Origin: Chrysemys picta bellii
Lineage: Eukaryota
Assembly (NCBI RefSeq): GCF_011386835.1
Contig: NC_088797.1
Coordinates: forward strand, 101,246,001-101,310,000
DNA length: 64,000 nt
Direction of reading: 5' to 3'
Part shown: positions 51,498 through 64,000 of the stretch, piece after piece
Layout: each line of letters begins with the position of its first letter
How positions within the stretch are numbered: position 1 is the first letter of the stretch
Program-made: the position numbers and the translations under genes
Notes under the pieces: generated by a model
Told to the model about the DNA's origin: nothing
Database searches by the model: none
What the model saw: the letters and a program-made list of their open reading frames with translations, nothing else

Positions 51498-52999
51498 CCT
51501 GTTGTAAGCTTATTTGAACCTGCTCTATGACAAAAAAGCGTCAAGAAAATAATTTCATGGAGTTATTTCATCCATGTGCAATCCAAAATTATGGACCAAT
51601 CTTAGAAAAATATGGGAGATTAAATTCTATTTTACTATGTATAACCTTTATCCTAGTTTTTTTCCCCATAGCCCTTCTTGTATTGTTCTTTCTGCCTTCT
51701 CCTTTTTGCTTTTCCTTCACAGCCATTCTTTCCATCATGGAGTCTGTTCCCTTCAGTATTGTTGTTCTCCCCTCATTCTTCACCTCTGTATCTGTGTTTG
51801 CTTAGGTTCTTGTTCTATCTTTTCCTTTTTAACCTTTAGTAAATTAGGCCTCTTTCTTCTCCCTACTCTTCCAATTCCTTGATCCATAGTCCTCAATATA
51901 GTTCTTCACCCACATATTGGTTCATTTGGTAAGAAAAGCTAGTGTAGTTCTTTGCTCTCACAATTCAATGTTCATTGTTTCAATAGAGACATTGCACTGG
52001 TTGCATTTTATAACTAGACCATTCCATTTTACTTTTTCCATAATTGTATGTGTTCTCTCTCTCTCTCTCTCTCCCCCTCACCCCCTCCCCCGCCCCCCCG
52101 GGGCCAGACTATTAAAGCCCAGCCTCCCTTTTTGTCACCTATGTGATACATTTCCCGTAATGCTTTATCATTCTTTGAGGGAGCCATCTGAATTTGGTCA
52201 GGTCCACTCCCCTTCTCAGATGAAAGTGAGTGGAAATGCCTTGTTTTGCCTTGACTGTAACATCCTCTGTGGCCTCTTGGATCCTCCCCATTGCAGCCTA
52301 TTCAAAATACCCACAAGCTGGGCCATTCTCTCTGCTGGGATACTGACTTCCTCCCCCATTTCACACCAAACATCACCTTTCTGTCTCCACCCAGCTCTCT
52401 GCCATTGTTTCCTTCTACCGCTGTGCTGTCAAACTGTATATAGATCAGAAGCTAGAGTAGCATCTGGTTGATTTAAACCTATTTCTTTCTTATTCTTGAC
52501 CATGTTTATTTTCTCTATGCTTGAAAATTCAATAAATGTTCAATTATAGACAAAACACTAAAATATTTTGAATTAAATGTGGTACATTTCATTGTTCTAT
52601 TTTTGTGGGCAATTAATCACCATGTATAACAATTACCAGAACACTTGCATTTGTGAAATATTGTATCAGTCATTTGTGTTACAATCCAACCTACCTGAGA
52701 GACCTGTTACTCAAATATAAAGCTTCTGTATTGCCTCTGCCTCACAGTTACAGTTTTTCATCCTGGTTTGTGCACTGTTTTTGTTATAATCTGTCAGTTG
52801 CAGTACAGATATTCCTGATGAAATGTTCAGCATATTGCAGTAATCCTGTACTTTGTCCCTTATGTGCCCAGTAAGTGCTTCACTGTAATCTCACGATGAT
52901 ACACAGAGTCTTATTGCAGTTAGAAAATTAATTAAAATAAGACTGAATATTGTGTCAGGCTATTAGACAAGAATCCAGCTAGTGTAATATAACATTAAA

Positions 53000-54170
53000 A
53001 TAGAGTAAAATACTAAAACACTCCAAAAGGGAAGTAAGAGCATGAGTATCAACCTCCGGGCAGAGCATTAAAAACCAGAGCACAATCCCTTAACTGGCTG
53101 CAAATTCTAAACTTAGATTTAACCAATCAACTGCACCAAGTGCAAATTCCTCAGGAACTTTAACAGCCTTTACACAGAGTCACAGACAGTCCCCTTGAGT
53201 ACTTCGTTCAATCTTGCTACCCAGGTGAGTATATATCTCTGTGATAAACAGCCCCTTACACCAAGAACAACAGCAATATTCAGGTTACTCCTGATCCCAA
53301 GGGACCAGTCACTTGCCCTAAAATTGCGTTTTAGGTCTCACACCAAAGACAATGTTTGTAGTCATTCCTATAGTAAACTATATGAAGATTTATTAAATAG
53401 GAAAAGGAAATTGGAGAGTTATTTACAAGGTTAAAGCAAGCAAATAGACACAAGAGAAGTTACAATCTTAGGTTTCAAAGTTAATATGGGCTTCTATAAT
53501 CACCAAGCTATATTTGATCTTTAGGTCTAATCCAAGCTAAGCAGCTAGGGATCTCTTGTTTGTGCCTAGAAGCACCTCTCAAGGTCCAAGCAGCGTAGAG
53601 ATACCTACTTCCTTTCATTTGGGGTTTTTATCGCCCTCCTGCCATGGCTTTGAGCTTCAAATTCAGCTGATGGGAGGAGTCCACTTGCATGACTCATCGT
53701 CACCAGGAGGAGAGCAGAACAATAAGAGTCTTTAGTCTCTTGTTGATGGTTTCTCAATCCAGATATGGGGAGTTTCTGGTTGTAAGATCCATCCATATCC
53801 TTTCTGGTATTGATGGGTCTCCTCTTTTGGGAGGGAGTGTAACAATTTCTGTAGAAGAGCAGCTCTTCACACTAATTGATGTCCCTTTCCTGTATGGCGA
53901 GTCAGACAGTCACAGAGGTTTACAATACAACCGCTCAGATATGACATTACAGTAAGGAACACTGATATTACAAGTAAGATTAATGCAAGCAGCAACTCAC
54001 AAGCATTCAATAGAGTCTAAATACTAAACGCTTTCTTATAATTCTAATACCTATTTTATCACTATTTAACTCACAAGTGAGCCAGACACATTCCAGCTAT
54101 TTATTTGTTAGTGTCCACTTGAGACATGGGGTCCATGGCATGAGCTGGCACCTGGCCTGCCAGCATCACA
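53000..54170. mobile_element. Solo-LTR-like element related to 27268-28381; left boundary uncertain
   Basis: Shared internal blocks (CTGATCCCAA.GGA.CAG.CAC, TTTATTA) with 27540-27650. Ends GCCAGCATCACA. No matching TSD found. Confidence 0.55.
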
Positions 54171-54293
54171 TATACAAATAAAATATAGTTGGGCAAATGT
54201 TGAAATAGCCAGTGTATAACCCTGACTCATTCTGTGAGAAATCATGTTGTGTGTGAAGCTGCAAGAATTTAAGTACATTATGAACATCTATAT

Positions 54294-56654
54294 CAGGGGT
54301 GTCAAACTCAATTGCACAGGGGGCCAAAACTCAAAACTCGCGGGCCGAACAGTATAACCATTTATTTAACAGACTAAATATTTATGTTTTTTAACCATTA
54401 ATATGAACCAAAATACAGGATATCATTCCAAAATAAATACATTTCAACTTAAAATATTTTGCTCTTCATAAAAAAATATCCTGTCAATACAATACATTCA
54501 AAATCTGTACATGCTGGAATATTAAAAAATCTGAAAATATAAATAAAAAATTGAATTTAAAGCAAAAGTATAATCATAACAAATCATAACATTCCATTTT
54601 CTTGTCCTATTTAGTCAGAGCCTGATACTTGGAGTCTTTTCTTTGCAACAAGTTCGTTTATGTTTGGGGTTAGGTTCTGTGTTGTGAAGATTCTCAGGAT
54701 CGATTGCAGGTGTTCATCAGTGAGGCGACTCCTGTGTGACGTTTTGTTAATTTTCATCACAGAGAACAGCTGCTCGCACAGATATGTGCTGCCAAACATG
54801 GACAGGATTCGAGCCGCATGTTGGCGGAGCTGCGGCATCGCTTCAGGAATGAAGCGAGTGAACTGTGCTGGCCCCGCAGTGTCGTACTTTGCCTTCAGTG
54901 TCCCGTTACATTGCAGTTCTATCAGCTCCATCTGCATTTCTACAGGTGCGGTTTCCACATCGACTGCAAATGGGTTGCGAAGCAGCTCGAAGTTACTTTT
55001 CTGTGCCTCAAAGTCACTGAAGCGCCGTGCGAACTCAGTGCGCAGCGCGCTGAGTTTTTCAGCAAAGGTGGCATTTGGGAAAACTGTGGCACTTTCTTGG
55101 TTCCGTATTACTTGGCAACAGGGAAAGTGAGACAAGTTGCATTGGTGCATTTGTGTCTCCCATAAGCGCAGCTTCACTTGAAATGCCTTCACTGCATCAT
55201 GCATATCGGTTATTATGTGCTCCCGTCCCTGGAGTTGAAGGTTTAAAGCGCTAAGATGCGACGTTATGTCAGCCAGGAACGCCAACTCACATTTCCACTT
55301 TTCATCCCGCAGAACTGTGCAGTCTTTCCCCTTACTGTCCATGAACTGGCAGATTTCCTCTCGCAGCTCAAAGTGTCTTTTGAGAACTTTTCCCCGACTT
55401 AGCCACCGGACCTCCGTATGATATGGCATATCGCCAAACTCGCTATCTATTTCCCGCAGAAAAGACTGGAATTGGCGGTGATTTAAACCGTGGGCTCTGA
55501 TAAAGTTGACGGTTTGTGTTACAGTGTTCATCACATGATCCATTTTTAGGACTTTAGCACTCAGCGATTCCTGGTGTATGATGCAGTGATACACTGTCAA
55601 CTCACCGGCACAGTTCTCCTCCCGCATCTTTGAGCGCATCCTTCCCACCAGTCCATTTTTTTCACCACACATAGCAGGTGCGCCATCTGTTGTAAGTCCA
55701 ACGAGTTTTTCCCACGGCAGTTTCATGTCGGTTACACTTTGAAATACATTTCCAAAGATGTCTTCTCCTTTCGTTGTCCCGTGCATCGATTTAATGTCCA
55801 GTATTTCCTCTGTTACGCACAAATTGGAATCCACACCACGGATAAATATCGCCAGCTGTGCAGTGTCAGTCGCGTCAGTAGTTTCATCCACGGCAAGGGA
55901 GTATGCAACAAAATCTTTTGCTCTTTCAATCAACTGTGTTTTCCAATCAGTCGCCATCTCACAAACCCGATTAGCAACAGTGTTTCTGCTGAGGCTTACA
56001 TTTGCAAACGCTCGCGTTTTATCTGGACAAAGGACGTCGCACACTTTCATCATACAATTCTTTACGAATTCCCCCTCGGTAAACGGCCGTCCTGATTTGG
56101 CGATCTCTTCGGCCACAATGAAACTTGCTTTCACAGCAGCTTCACTTTGTGATTTTGCTTTGGTGAAAAACGTCTGCTGGGATGTCAAATTCTTCTTCAA
56201 CTCCTCTACCTTTTGTAGCTTCTGTCCTGCGCTCAGGTTTTTGAATTTGTTCTCATGTTTCGTCTCGTAGTGCCGTCTTAGGTTATACTCCTTCATTACA
56301 GCGATATTACTCCCGCAAAGGAGACACACTGGTTTACCTGCAATTTCAGTAAACATATACTCATTCTCCCACCGGCTTTGAAAGCCTCGGTTTTCAGAAT
56401 CAATTTTTCTCTTGGCCATTGTTGGGGTCTAGCTTTGATTTGATATTAGCGTTGTATACATCAACAGACCGCGAACTTGAACCGCGGCTTGCCGTTGGCG
56501 GCAATTGCACTGCATCATGGGATTTGTAGTGTGTGTTATTGGGGCGTCATATCACAGGGCCATTAAAAACAGATATATAAAACGATTTCGCGGGCCGGAT
56601 ATAATTGTATGGCGGGCCGGATGTGGCCCGCGGGCCTTGAGTTTGACACATGTG
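54294..56654 (-). mobile_element. Full-length autonomous hAT DNA transposon, copy 2, 2,361 bp
   Basis: Same TIRs and length as copy 1. Its own perfect 8-bp TSD ATCTATAT (54286-54293, 56655-56662). No differences from copy 1 seen in the stretches compared by eye. Confidence 0.98.
54611..56419 (-). CDS. hAT transposase, 602 aa, identical translation to 36112-37920
   Basis: ORF track gives the same 602-aa protein. All four overlapping antisense ORFs are also identical between the copies. Confidence 0.97.
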   Translation of the reverse strand: MAKRKIDSENRGFQSRWENEYMFTEIAGKPVCLLCGSNIAVMKEYNLRRHYETKHENKFKNLSAGQKLQKVEELKKNLTSQQTFFTKAKSQSEAAVKASFIVAEEIAKSGRPFTEGEFVKNCMMKVCDVLCPDKTRAFANVSLSRNTVANRVCEMATDWKTQLIERAKDFVAYSLAVDETTDATDTAQLAIFIRGVDSNLCVTEEILDIKSMHGTTKGEDIFGNVFQSVTDMKLPWEKLVGLTTDGAPAMCGEKNGLVGRMRSKMREENCAGELTVYHCIIHQESLSAKVLKMDHVMNTVTQTVNFIRAHGLNHRQFQSFLREIDSEFGDMPYHTEVRWLSRGKVLKRHFELREEICQFMDSKGKDCTVLRDEKWKCELAFLADITSHLSALNLQLQGREHIITDMHDAVKAFQVKLRLWETQMHQCNLSHFPCCQVIRNQESATVFPNATFAEKLSALRTEFARRFSDFEAQKSNFELLRNPFAVDVETAPVEMQMELIELQCNGTLKAKYDTAGPAQFTRFIPEAMPQLRQHAARILSMFGSTYLCEQLFSVMKINKTSHRSRLTDEHLQSILRIFTTQNLTPNINELVAKKRLQVSGSD

Positions 56655-58749
56655 ATCTATATCCTTTGAGATATTGATTCAATCCTGGCATTTATTGAAT
56701 GTCATCTTTGTAATAATCATAGTATTTTGTCCTTGCATGATGATTTTCATTCGTAGATCTCACAGCACTATACAACAGAGAGTAAACTTTATTATCCTCA
56801 TTTTACAGATGAAGAAACTGAGGTATAGAAGGTTAAAGTGATGTTTCCAATATCACCTAGGAGACTATGGTTCTATTCCAAAGTCCCAATGGAGTGACCT
56901 ATTCACTGGGGTAAGTATCTATGTCTTACCTAATTTGAGAGCTGTTACCTAAAACATTTTGTACTTCAAAGCCTATTTAAAAAGTGGGATGGGCCAATGT
57001 GATACAGTAGAGGTTCTTTGCCTTTCCCATCATGCTCAGCCCACACTATCTATACTGCCTCACTTAGAGGTGGCACTCACCAAGCAGGGTGGCTAAACTT
57101 GCATCTCCCATGGGAAGAAGCAACATGCTACCACCAGAAGCATAATTCAAAAAAGGTCAACAGTGACCATTAGTTTCTACAAGCTGATGGCTCTTTGATG
57201 GTGTTGGTGCTTAGAGTTGGATGTTCTTGGTCCAGATTCCAAGCATGCAGGAATTCATACCACAAGGCCTGAATAGGCATGAAGACTCAGCTAACTTTCT
57301 CACTAAGATGTCCCTCCAGGTCAGGGCTGAGACAGTGCTAGGGCAGTGGGGAGAAGAATGCTTGTTCTGTAGATAAATAGGAATCAGTCTCCAAGGCTGT
57401 CAGTCTGGTACTTTTCCCAATTGCTAATGTCACATTAAAATAGTAGCCGAGGTTTTTATGCCCTTCTGCACTTCCTGCAGTATTTCTGATTCTGATCTCA
57501 ACCCAAACCAGGAAACAACAACTCTCCTCACTGGCAAAGAAATGTAGTACTGGAGCACTCATTACATTTCCAGCCCAAAGGAATTGGGAAGTCTACGCCA
57601 AACTTTTTAAGCATGACCCTGCGCTAACGTTATTTATGTCCTGTTAAAATGGTTTAAAAAAACAGAATGGGAGTCAAGAGATCTGGGTTGGGTTCCCAGA
57701 ATTCACACCACAGGCTTACTGTGTGTCCTTGGGCAAATGACTTAAACCCTCCGGGTGAAATGTTGGCCCTCTTGAAGTCAGTGGCAAAACTCCCCTTGAC
57801 TTCAATAGAACCAGGATTTAACTGTCATGTTGACATTTCCCCATCTTTGAAACAGGAATATATTACCTCCCTCGTAGGAGTATTGTGAAGTTTCAGACAT
57901 TATAAAATACTGAAATCTTTGGATGAAAAGTTTTATGGGGGAGATTTTCAAAGGAACAAATAGCAGCTAGGTACCTAACTCCCACTGAAAGTCAGTGTAA
58001 GATAGTCATCTGATTTTGTGACTTTGAAAAATCTCCACTCTAGTTATTATTTTTCACTTTGGAAAGGCCAGAGATACATACAACATTGTAGTGTTAGTAA
58101 AATATGCTAAGTAAAAGTCCCTGTGCAAAGAGCATACAGTCCATAGGCACAAACTGATACAAATTAGAACAGAACAAAGGGAAACTTGGAGTGGAGAGTG
58201 GCTTTATAGACATGCTCAGTTTATTAGTAGATAACCATCACCGTCTCCACTAAAATATTTTGACTTTAAACTATGTACAAGGTTATGCTAACATTTTTAA
58301 TTAGCAGTTTGTTAATGAGGGATTTATGACCTCTATTAATAATTAGTTTATTACTTTACAGGAAATTATGCCTGATTTCTTTTCCTTTAAAAAAAAAAAA
58401 ATCCTGCTGAGCAATCATAGACAGTAATTCTTGCCAAGTCACCGTCTGATGGACTAAGAAGTGAATGATTTCCTTTGCAGAGTTAATTTAAGCTTATTAT
58501 TAAAAAATCAAGTGAAAAAGCAAGTCCTAGGCCAGCACACTGTAAGCCTGAGCTCTCACAATACAAGCTAAGCCTGTGTCTTGTTAGTGCTATGATTTTT
58601 GTTTGAATACATCTTTTAGGGGCCGATCAAAGCCCATTGATGCCAATGGCATTCTTTCCATAGACATCAATGTGTTTTGGATCAGCCCTTTAAATAAATT
58701 AAAGGGTTAGGGGCTGGCAAGCGATGGCTTATAGTGTGTTTTCATGAGT

Positions 58750-59160
58750 TTTGATGGAGGACAGAATGGTGTGATGCTTTCTTGGGGCACTCAGGACTCA
58801 GAATCACCTTGTTGACGCACTGCTGGAGCGAGAGAGAGAGAAAGACTTGCTGGTGTTTAACTGGTTGTCAGCTCCCTGACAGCACCACCAGCCTGTCAGC
58901 CTCCCAAACACTCTCCTCAGGGCAATGCTAGCCCTCACTTCGAAAATTCACAATAGGTGCACCCCATTCCCTGAGCCTCTTTCAAACGTTCCCCTGTGAT
59001 ATCCAGCCCATCATAGGCTACTCACAGAAATACCAGGTTTGCTAAGTGGACTGCTTGACTGATTCAACCCAGGATCAGTTCTTGTACAACACCACAGCAC
59101 TGAGTTATATTTATAGTGAAATCAGCCATACATTTATTAGCAAAGATTAAGATTATAATA
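58750..59160. mobile_element. Truncated LTR-like fragment
   Basis: Begins TGTGATGC. Similar in style to the other solo LTRs. No 3' terminus or TSD found. Confidence 0.35.
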
Positions 59161-59267
59161 ATGTTGCTTTTATACAGTGCCTTTTATCTGAGGAGCTAAT
59201 CTACTTTACAAAAGTCAATCTATTCAGCCTCCTGGTAACTGTGAGATAAGTCGTTAATATTATTATA

Positions 59268-59455
59268 CACCGCTACCTTGATATAGTGCAACCCGATATA
59301 ACATGAATTCGGATATAATGCGGTAAAGCAGTGCTCCGGGGGGGCGGGGCTGCGCACTCCAGTGGATCAAAACAAGTTCAATATAACGCGGTTTCACCTA
59401 TATCACGGTAAGATTTTTTGGCTCCCGAGGACAGCATTATATCGAGGTAGAGGTA
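59268..59455. mobile_element. Tc1/mariner (Tigger/pogo-like) MITE, 188 bp
   Basis: TIRs CACCGCTACCTTGATATA / TATATCGAGGTAGAGGTA, flanked by TA on both sides. Repeated GATATAA motifs. Confidence 0.8.
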
Positions 59456-59884
59456 TACTTATTTTGTTGATGAGAAGTGATGGCTTGAAGAGAGACATGA
59501 CTTCCCCAGTGTTATATATCAAGTCAGTATTCCTGACTCCCCATCTGCTGTTCTAAGCACTAGCCACCGCTACCTCCATCCTTTTAGAGACAAACTACTC
59601 AGAGCAGATAAAAAACCTGATAGGATGTATGGGACTGCAGATGTCATCCCAGCATTGCACATGCCACAATAGCATTAGTGCAAAAATTGCTGATGGAAAA
59701 CTGTCTTTTCCTACAGGAAATTAAGCTAAAAAAGATTAACTGGGCAAAGGCACAAAAAGTGCTATTTCTGTAAACAACCAATGTCATTGTTGTCTGAGCT
59801 GAAGTGTCGAAAGACACAATAATGTACCAACAGCAATAGTAAAACCCAGGAATGGGCTGGCTTCTAAGTGCCTGGCTTCTAAGT

Positions 59885-59975
59885 ACCTTGCACTGGCCAC
59901 TGTCAGAAGACAGAACACTGGGCTAGATGGACCTTTGGTCTGACCCAGTAGGGCCATTCTTATGTTCTTATGTTG
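59885..59975 (+). mobile_element. Short CR1 3' fragment
   Basis: GGGCTAGATGGACCTTTGGTCTGACCCAGTAGGGCCATTCTTATGTTCTTATGTT (TTCTTATG tail x2). Confidence 0.85.
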
Positions 59976-60030
59976 ATTAACATTGTGTTGTTTTGTTTAT
60001 CATGATATGTCCATAATGGAAATGTTGTGT

Positions 60031-60850
60031 TGTCATAACTATAAAGGGAAGGGTAACAGCCCTCCTGTGTACAATACTATAAAATCCCTCCTGGCCAGAG
60101 ACTCCAAAATCCTTTTACCTGTAAAGGGTTAAGAAGCTCAGGTAACCTGGCTGACACCTGACCCAAAGGACCAATAAGGGGACAAGATACTTTCAAATCT
60201 TGGTGGAGGGAAGGCTTTTGTTTGTGCTCTTTGTTTTGGGGGGAGTTCGCTGTTGGGACTAAGAGGGACCAGACATCAATCCAGGCTCTCCAAATCTTTC
60301 TGAACAAGTCTCTCATATTTCAAACTTGTAAGTACATCCAGGCAAGGCGTGTTAGTTTTATCTTTGTTTTCTCAACTTGTAAATGTACCTTTTGCTAGGG
60401 TGTTTACCTCCGTTTGCTGTAACTTTGAACCTAAGGCTAGAGGGGGGTCCTCTGGGCTCTTTAAGTTTGATTACCCTGTAAAGTTATTTTTATCCTGATT
60501 TTACAGAGATGATTTTTACCTTTTTCTTTAATTAAAAGCCTTTTTTTTAAGAACCTGACTTATTTTTCCTTGTTTTTAGATACAAGGGGGTTGGATCTTG
60601 ATCCACCAGGAGTTGGTGGGAGAAAGGAGGGGGGATGGTTAATTTCTCCTTGTTTTAAGATCCAAGGGGTTTGGACCTGTATTCACCAGGGAATTGGTGA
60701 AGAATCTCTCAAGGCTACCCACGGAAGGGAATTAGCACATTGGGAGTGGTGGCAGCGGACCAGATCTAAGCTGGTGGTTAAGCTTAGAAGTTTTCATGCA
60801 GGCCCCCACATCTGTACCCTAAAGTTCAGAGTGGGGAAGGAGCCTTGACA
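60031..60850. mobile_element. Solo LTR, 820 bp
   Basis: TGTCA ... TGACA termini. Perfect 5-bp TSD TGTGT. TATAAAA near 60077. Confidence 0.9.
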
Positions 60851-61887
60851 TGTGTGATGGAGATCTTTTGAGTGCAGAGCCCAGATTCATAGATCCAGCC
60901 ATAATCTGCTACTAATACAGCCTAAATGGGAGGCTTGTTCACGTTTGAAGTCAGACAGTGTCTTCCTTACTTGGGTCAGAAGCCTCATTGTCTATAAATG
61001 GATCGCTTGCTATTGAGATAGATATTGATCCAGTATTGGGTACCAGTTGGGTAAATCTGTTGCTGGACAGAGCAATACAACAAAAAGATTATGTAAAAAA
61101 AATTGCAAAGACATATCTGGGGGACAACAAGGAAGAAGGGAACATTACACACCACATTAGGGGCCTAATGTGCACAGTGTCCATAAGAATCTGGGTTGTG
61201 AAAGAAAGAGTAACACTGAAAAAGTGAGACAAGGGAGAAGCCAATGATGTACTCATTTATCTTTGCACAGTGTGCAGTACAATGCAGTGCATTATTATTT
61301 ACAGCATTTCCACAGCTTTTAATTTCTCTGGATGTTCCGCTACCTGTTAAAAAATAGTTTAAGGTACTAAAACCCCTTTCATTCAAAACGCTCTCTTCTT
61401 TAAATTTTTTTATTTTTGTTGGAGTGAATCATTAACTCAGTAACTTCCCCAATTTCAATCACAATTATAGACTGATTTTTTCAGGAAGCAAGCTGAGCAA
61501 AAAAGTATCCCAATAGCTAAACTGCATACATTAATCAACTCTAAGATTTAGATCACATGTGTAGTTAACTCTTCTATCTCAGATAAAGAAACAGAGAATA
61601 CAGACTGATCGTTAGCTCCACTTTCCAAAATGCAAAAAGATAGGATCAACATTGCTCTTCCAGCTGAGACAAGTTATGAGGTCAAAATTTCAAAAGCACC
61701 TAAGTTACTTAAGAGCCTAAGACCTATTTTCAAAAGTGATTTAAACACCTGGTACTTTTGAAAATATTATTCAGCAGGCTTAATGTTCTCTGAAATATAT
61801 AAATGTAGACATTATATACATACATACACACACAGAAACTCACACAACTCTTTGCACAGTGAGAATATTCAAGCTTAGCTAATAACA

Positions 61888-61911
61888 CGTGTGTGTGTGT
61901 GTGTGTGTGTG
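61888..61911. repeat. (GT)n microsatellite
   Basis: About 12 GT units. Confidence 0.9.
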
Positions 61912-62013
61912 TTTTGAAGGGTTAATTGTCTGAGTTCTTGGCCTTGGCCTTCAGTTTCCTTTTGCCAGAAATAATTAGGATGCGGCTGCCTGTTTCTTCC
62001 TTCCCCTTACAAC

Positions 62014-64000
62014 TAGGGTGACCATATTTCCCTATGCTGAATATGGGACACTGGTAAAATTACTCATATTCAAGTGAGTTCAACGGCAATCAATCAGAAC
62101 TATGCAATACAAACATTCAAATTAGCATCAAGTTGACTGACCCTTTTAAAAAGAAATCCTGTGTAGTTGGATTCCTTTTATTTACCTTCTTATCTTTAGG
62201 GCTTTAAGGTTCACGTGGAGAGGGGTGACACACACACCCTACCCCCCACATACACACACAGGGAGAGGTAACACACATACACACACACTCCCATGCACCT
62301 CTCTCACATATGAGGGGTGACCGACGAACCAACCCTCCCCTCCATGCCTGGCTGGGCCCCCAGGATAGACCCGCCTCTCCTGGTACTTGGCGCTGTGTCT
62401 TCCCGAGGCACCACATGGGGGGGCCATGCAGGGTCTCATGCCCCTGCTCTCCAGATTTCTGCCAGGGTTCACACCAGAATGTGGCCAGCAGCAGCCTTTT
62501 GGCACTGTGCAGGAGGGAAGGGATATGAGCTGCTTCTAGCCACAGGGACAGTGGGGAGTGGGGAGGGAGAAAGGGATGACCTGGCCTGTGTCTTTGCAGA
62601 GCTCATCTCTTCTCCCCCGCCCCATGTGGCTTGAAGCAGCTTGTCCCTTCCTGCCCGCACAGTGTCAAAAGGCATCTAACACCTCCAGGCTGCTGCTAGC
62701 CACTAACATAACCCAGCCACCTCCTGTCCCCCAGCTACAGCATGGGCAGGAAGTGGTTAAGCCCTAAAGATTCATTGTGCACCAGGGCCCAGGGAACCTT
62801 ACTGCAGGGGCTTCAGCGAACCCAGCCAGAGAGTTGGCTCAGCAGAGGAGGGTGCCTAGGGGACGGAGCAGCCCTGTGCTCCCTGAGGCAGGACCCGGGG
62901 GGGAGGAATGAAGAGAGTACTAAGCGCCTGCCCTGGGGGCTGCTGTGGAGCCTGAAGACTCAGGCATAGGTGGGTGTGCCAGGTGTGCCCAGGCACACCC
63001 TAATGCAGGGGTGGGAAAATGGCCCCACTCTCCCGGCGCGGCAAGCCGCAGGGTCCGCGCTCCCGGGCTGGAGCGCCCGGCTGAGCACAGCAAGTTGCCA
63101 GCCCCTCCCCCGCCTTCGCCCCTCCCCTGGAGCCATGCTGCTGCGTGTGCAGCACTCTGGGGGCCGGGACTGCGCGCTCCCACGGGGCAGTGTTTGGCTC
63201 CATGGGGAGGCAGATACACTCCCCACTCATCTGGAGCCATGCCGCCGCACGCACAGCATTCTGAGGGGCGGGGCTGCCCACTCCCGGGGGCAGCGTGTCT
63301 GGCTCTGTGTGGAGCCAAACCTGCTGCTAGGAGCCTCATGGTAAGGGGTCCGGGGCTGGGGGGGTTGGATAAGGGGTGGGGGCAGTCAGGGGACAGGGAA
63401 CGGGGTGGTTGGGGTGGGGGGTCTCTGGAGGGGGCAGTCAGGGATCAGGAGGGGTTGGATGGGGCATGGGAGTTCCGGGGTCTGTCAGGGGGTGGGGGGT
63501 GGATAGGGGTCAGGGCAGTCAGGGGACAGGGAGCAAGGAGGGTCCTGGGGAGGGGCAGTTAGGGTGGGGGATCTCTGGAGGGAGTGGTCAGGGGACAAGG
63601 AGCTGGGGGGGGTGTTGGATGAGTCGGGAGTTCTGGGGGGGGCCTGTCAGGAAGCAGAGGTGTGGAGAGGGATTGGGGCAGGCAGGGAGCAGGCGGGGTT
63701 GTATGGGTCAGGAGTTCTGGGGGTTCTGTCAGGGGGCGGGGAGTGGTTGGGCGTGGGAGTCCCGGGGGTCTGTCTGGGTGCAGGGGTGTGGATAAGGGTC
63801 GGGGAAGTCAGGGGACAGGTAGGGGGTAGGGTCTTAGGGGGCAGTCAGGAAACTAGGAGCAGGGAGGCTTAGATAGGGGGTGGGGTCCTGGGGGGCAGTT
63901 AGGGGCAGGGGTCCCAGAGGGGATGGTCAGGGGACAAGGAGCAGGGGGGGCTGGGGGTTCTGAGGGGGGCAGTCAGGGGGTGGGAAGTAGGAGGGAGTGG
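62014..64000. mobile_element. Long GC-rich non-autonomous hAT-like element; right end is beyond the window
   Basis: Starts TAGGGTGACCA (same TIR class as the 123-bp MITEs), then GGGACA motifs. The interior is GC-rich. Confidence 0.6.
63340..64000 (+). repeat. Degenerate G-rich minisatellite
   Basis: Recurrent GGGGGCAGTCAGGGGACAGGGAGCAGGGGGG-type units with a strong G skew. Confidence 0.8.

Noticed and set aside
35795-56654. Interpretation as a segmental duplication or a domesticated GTF2IRD2-like host gene
   Set aside because: Identity stops exactly at the TIRs, each copy has its own TSD, the ORF is intronless, and the mobile ends are intact.
62204-63872. Many overlapping ORFs up to 205 aa (also 90-486 and 29876-30346)
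   Set aside because: They come from GC-rich transposon interiors and minisatellites that lack stop codons. The Gly/Pro/Ala-rich translations have no domain signature.

Overview
Eukaryotic, repeat-dense, non-genic-looking genomic DNA. The repeat families suggest a reptile, most likely a turtle (inference). No host protein-coding exon could be supported. The main feature is a pair of full-length 2,361-bp hAT DNA transposons (35795-38155 and 54294-56654, same orientation, 18,499 bp apart). By eye they are identical. Each has an intact 602-aa transposase (BED finger, D178/D245/E549), 16-bp TIRs and its own perfect 8-bp TSD (ATCTACAG, ATCTATAT). This pattern fits a very recent, possibly still active and possibly horizontally acquired family. 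The rest is older decayed mobile DNA: an internally deleted DIRS tyrosine-recombinase retrotransposon with ITRs and ICR, several solo LTRs with 5-bp TSDs, many hAT/Harbinger/Tc1-mariner MITEs, CR1 and L2 LINE fragments, CORE-SINEs, and a Penelope GIY-YIG fragment with a degenerate hammerhead ribozyme. There is also a 152-bp inverted duplication that looks like a staggered-break micro-inversion. All comparisons were done by eye, with no database searches.
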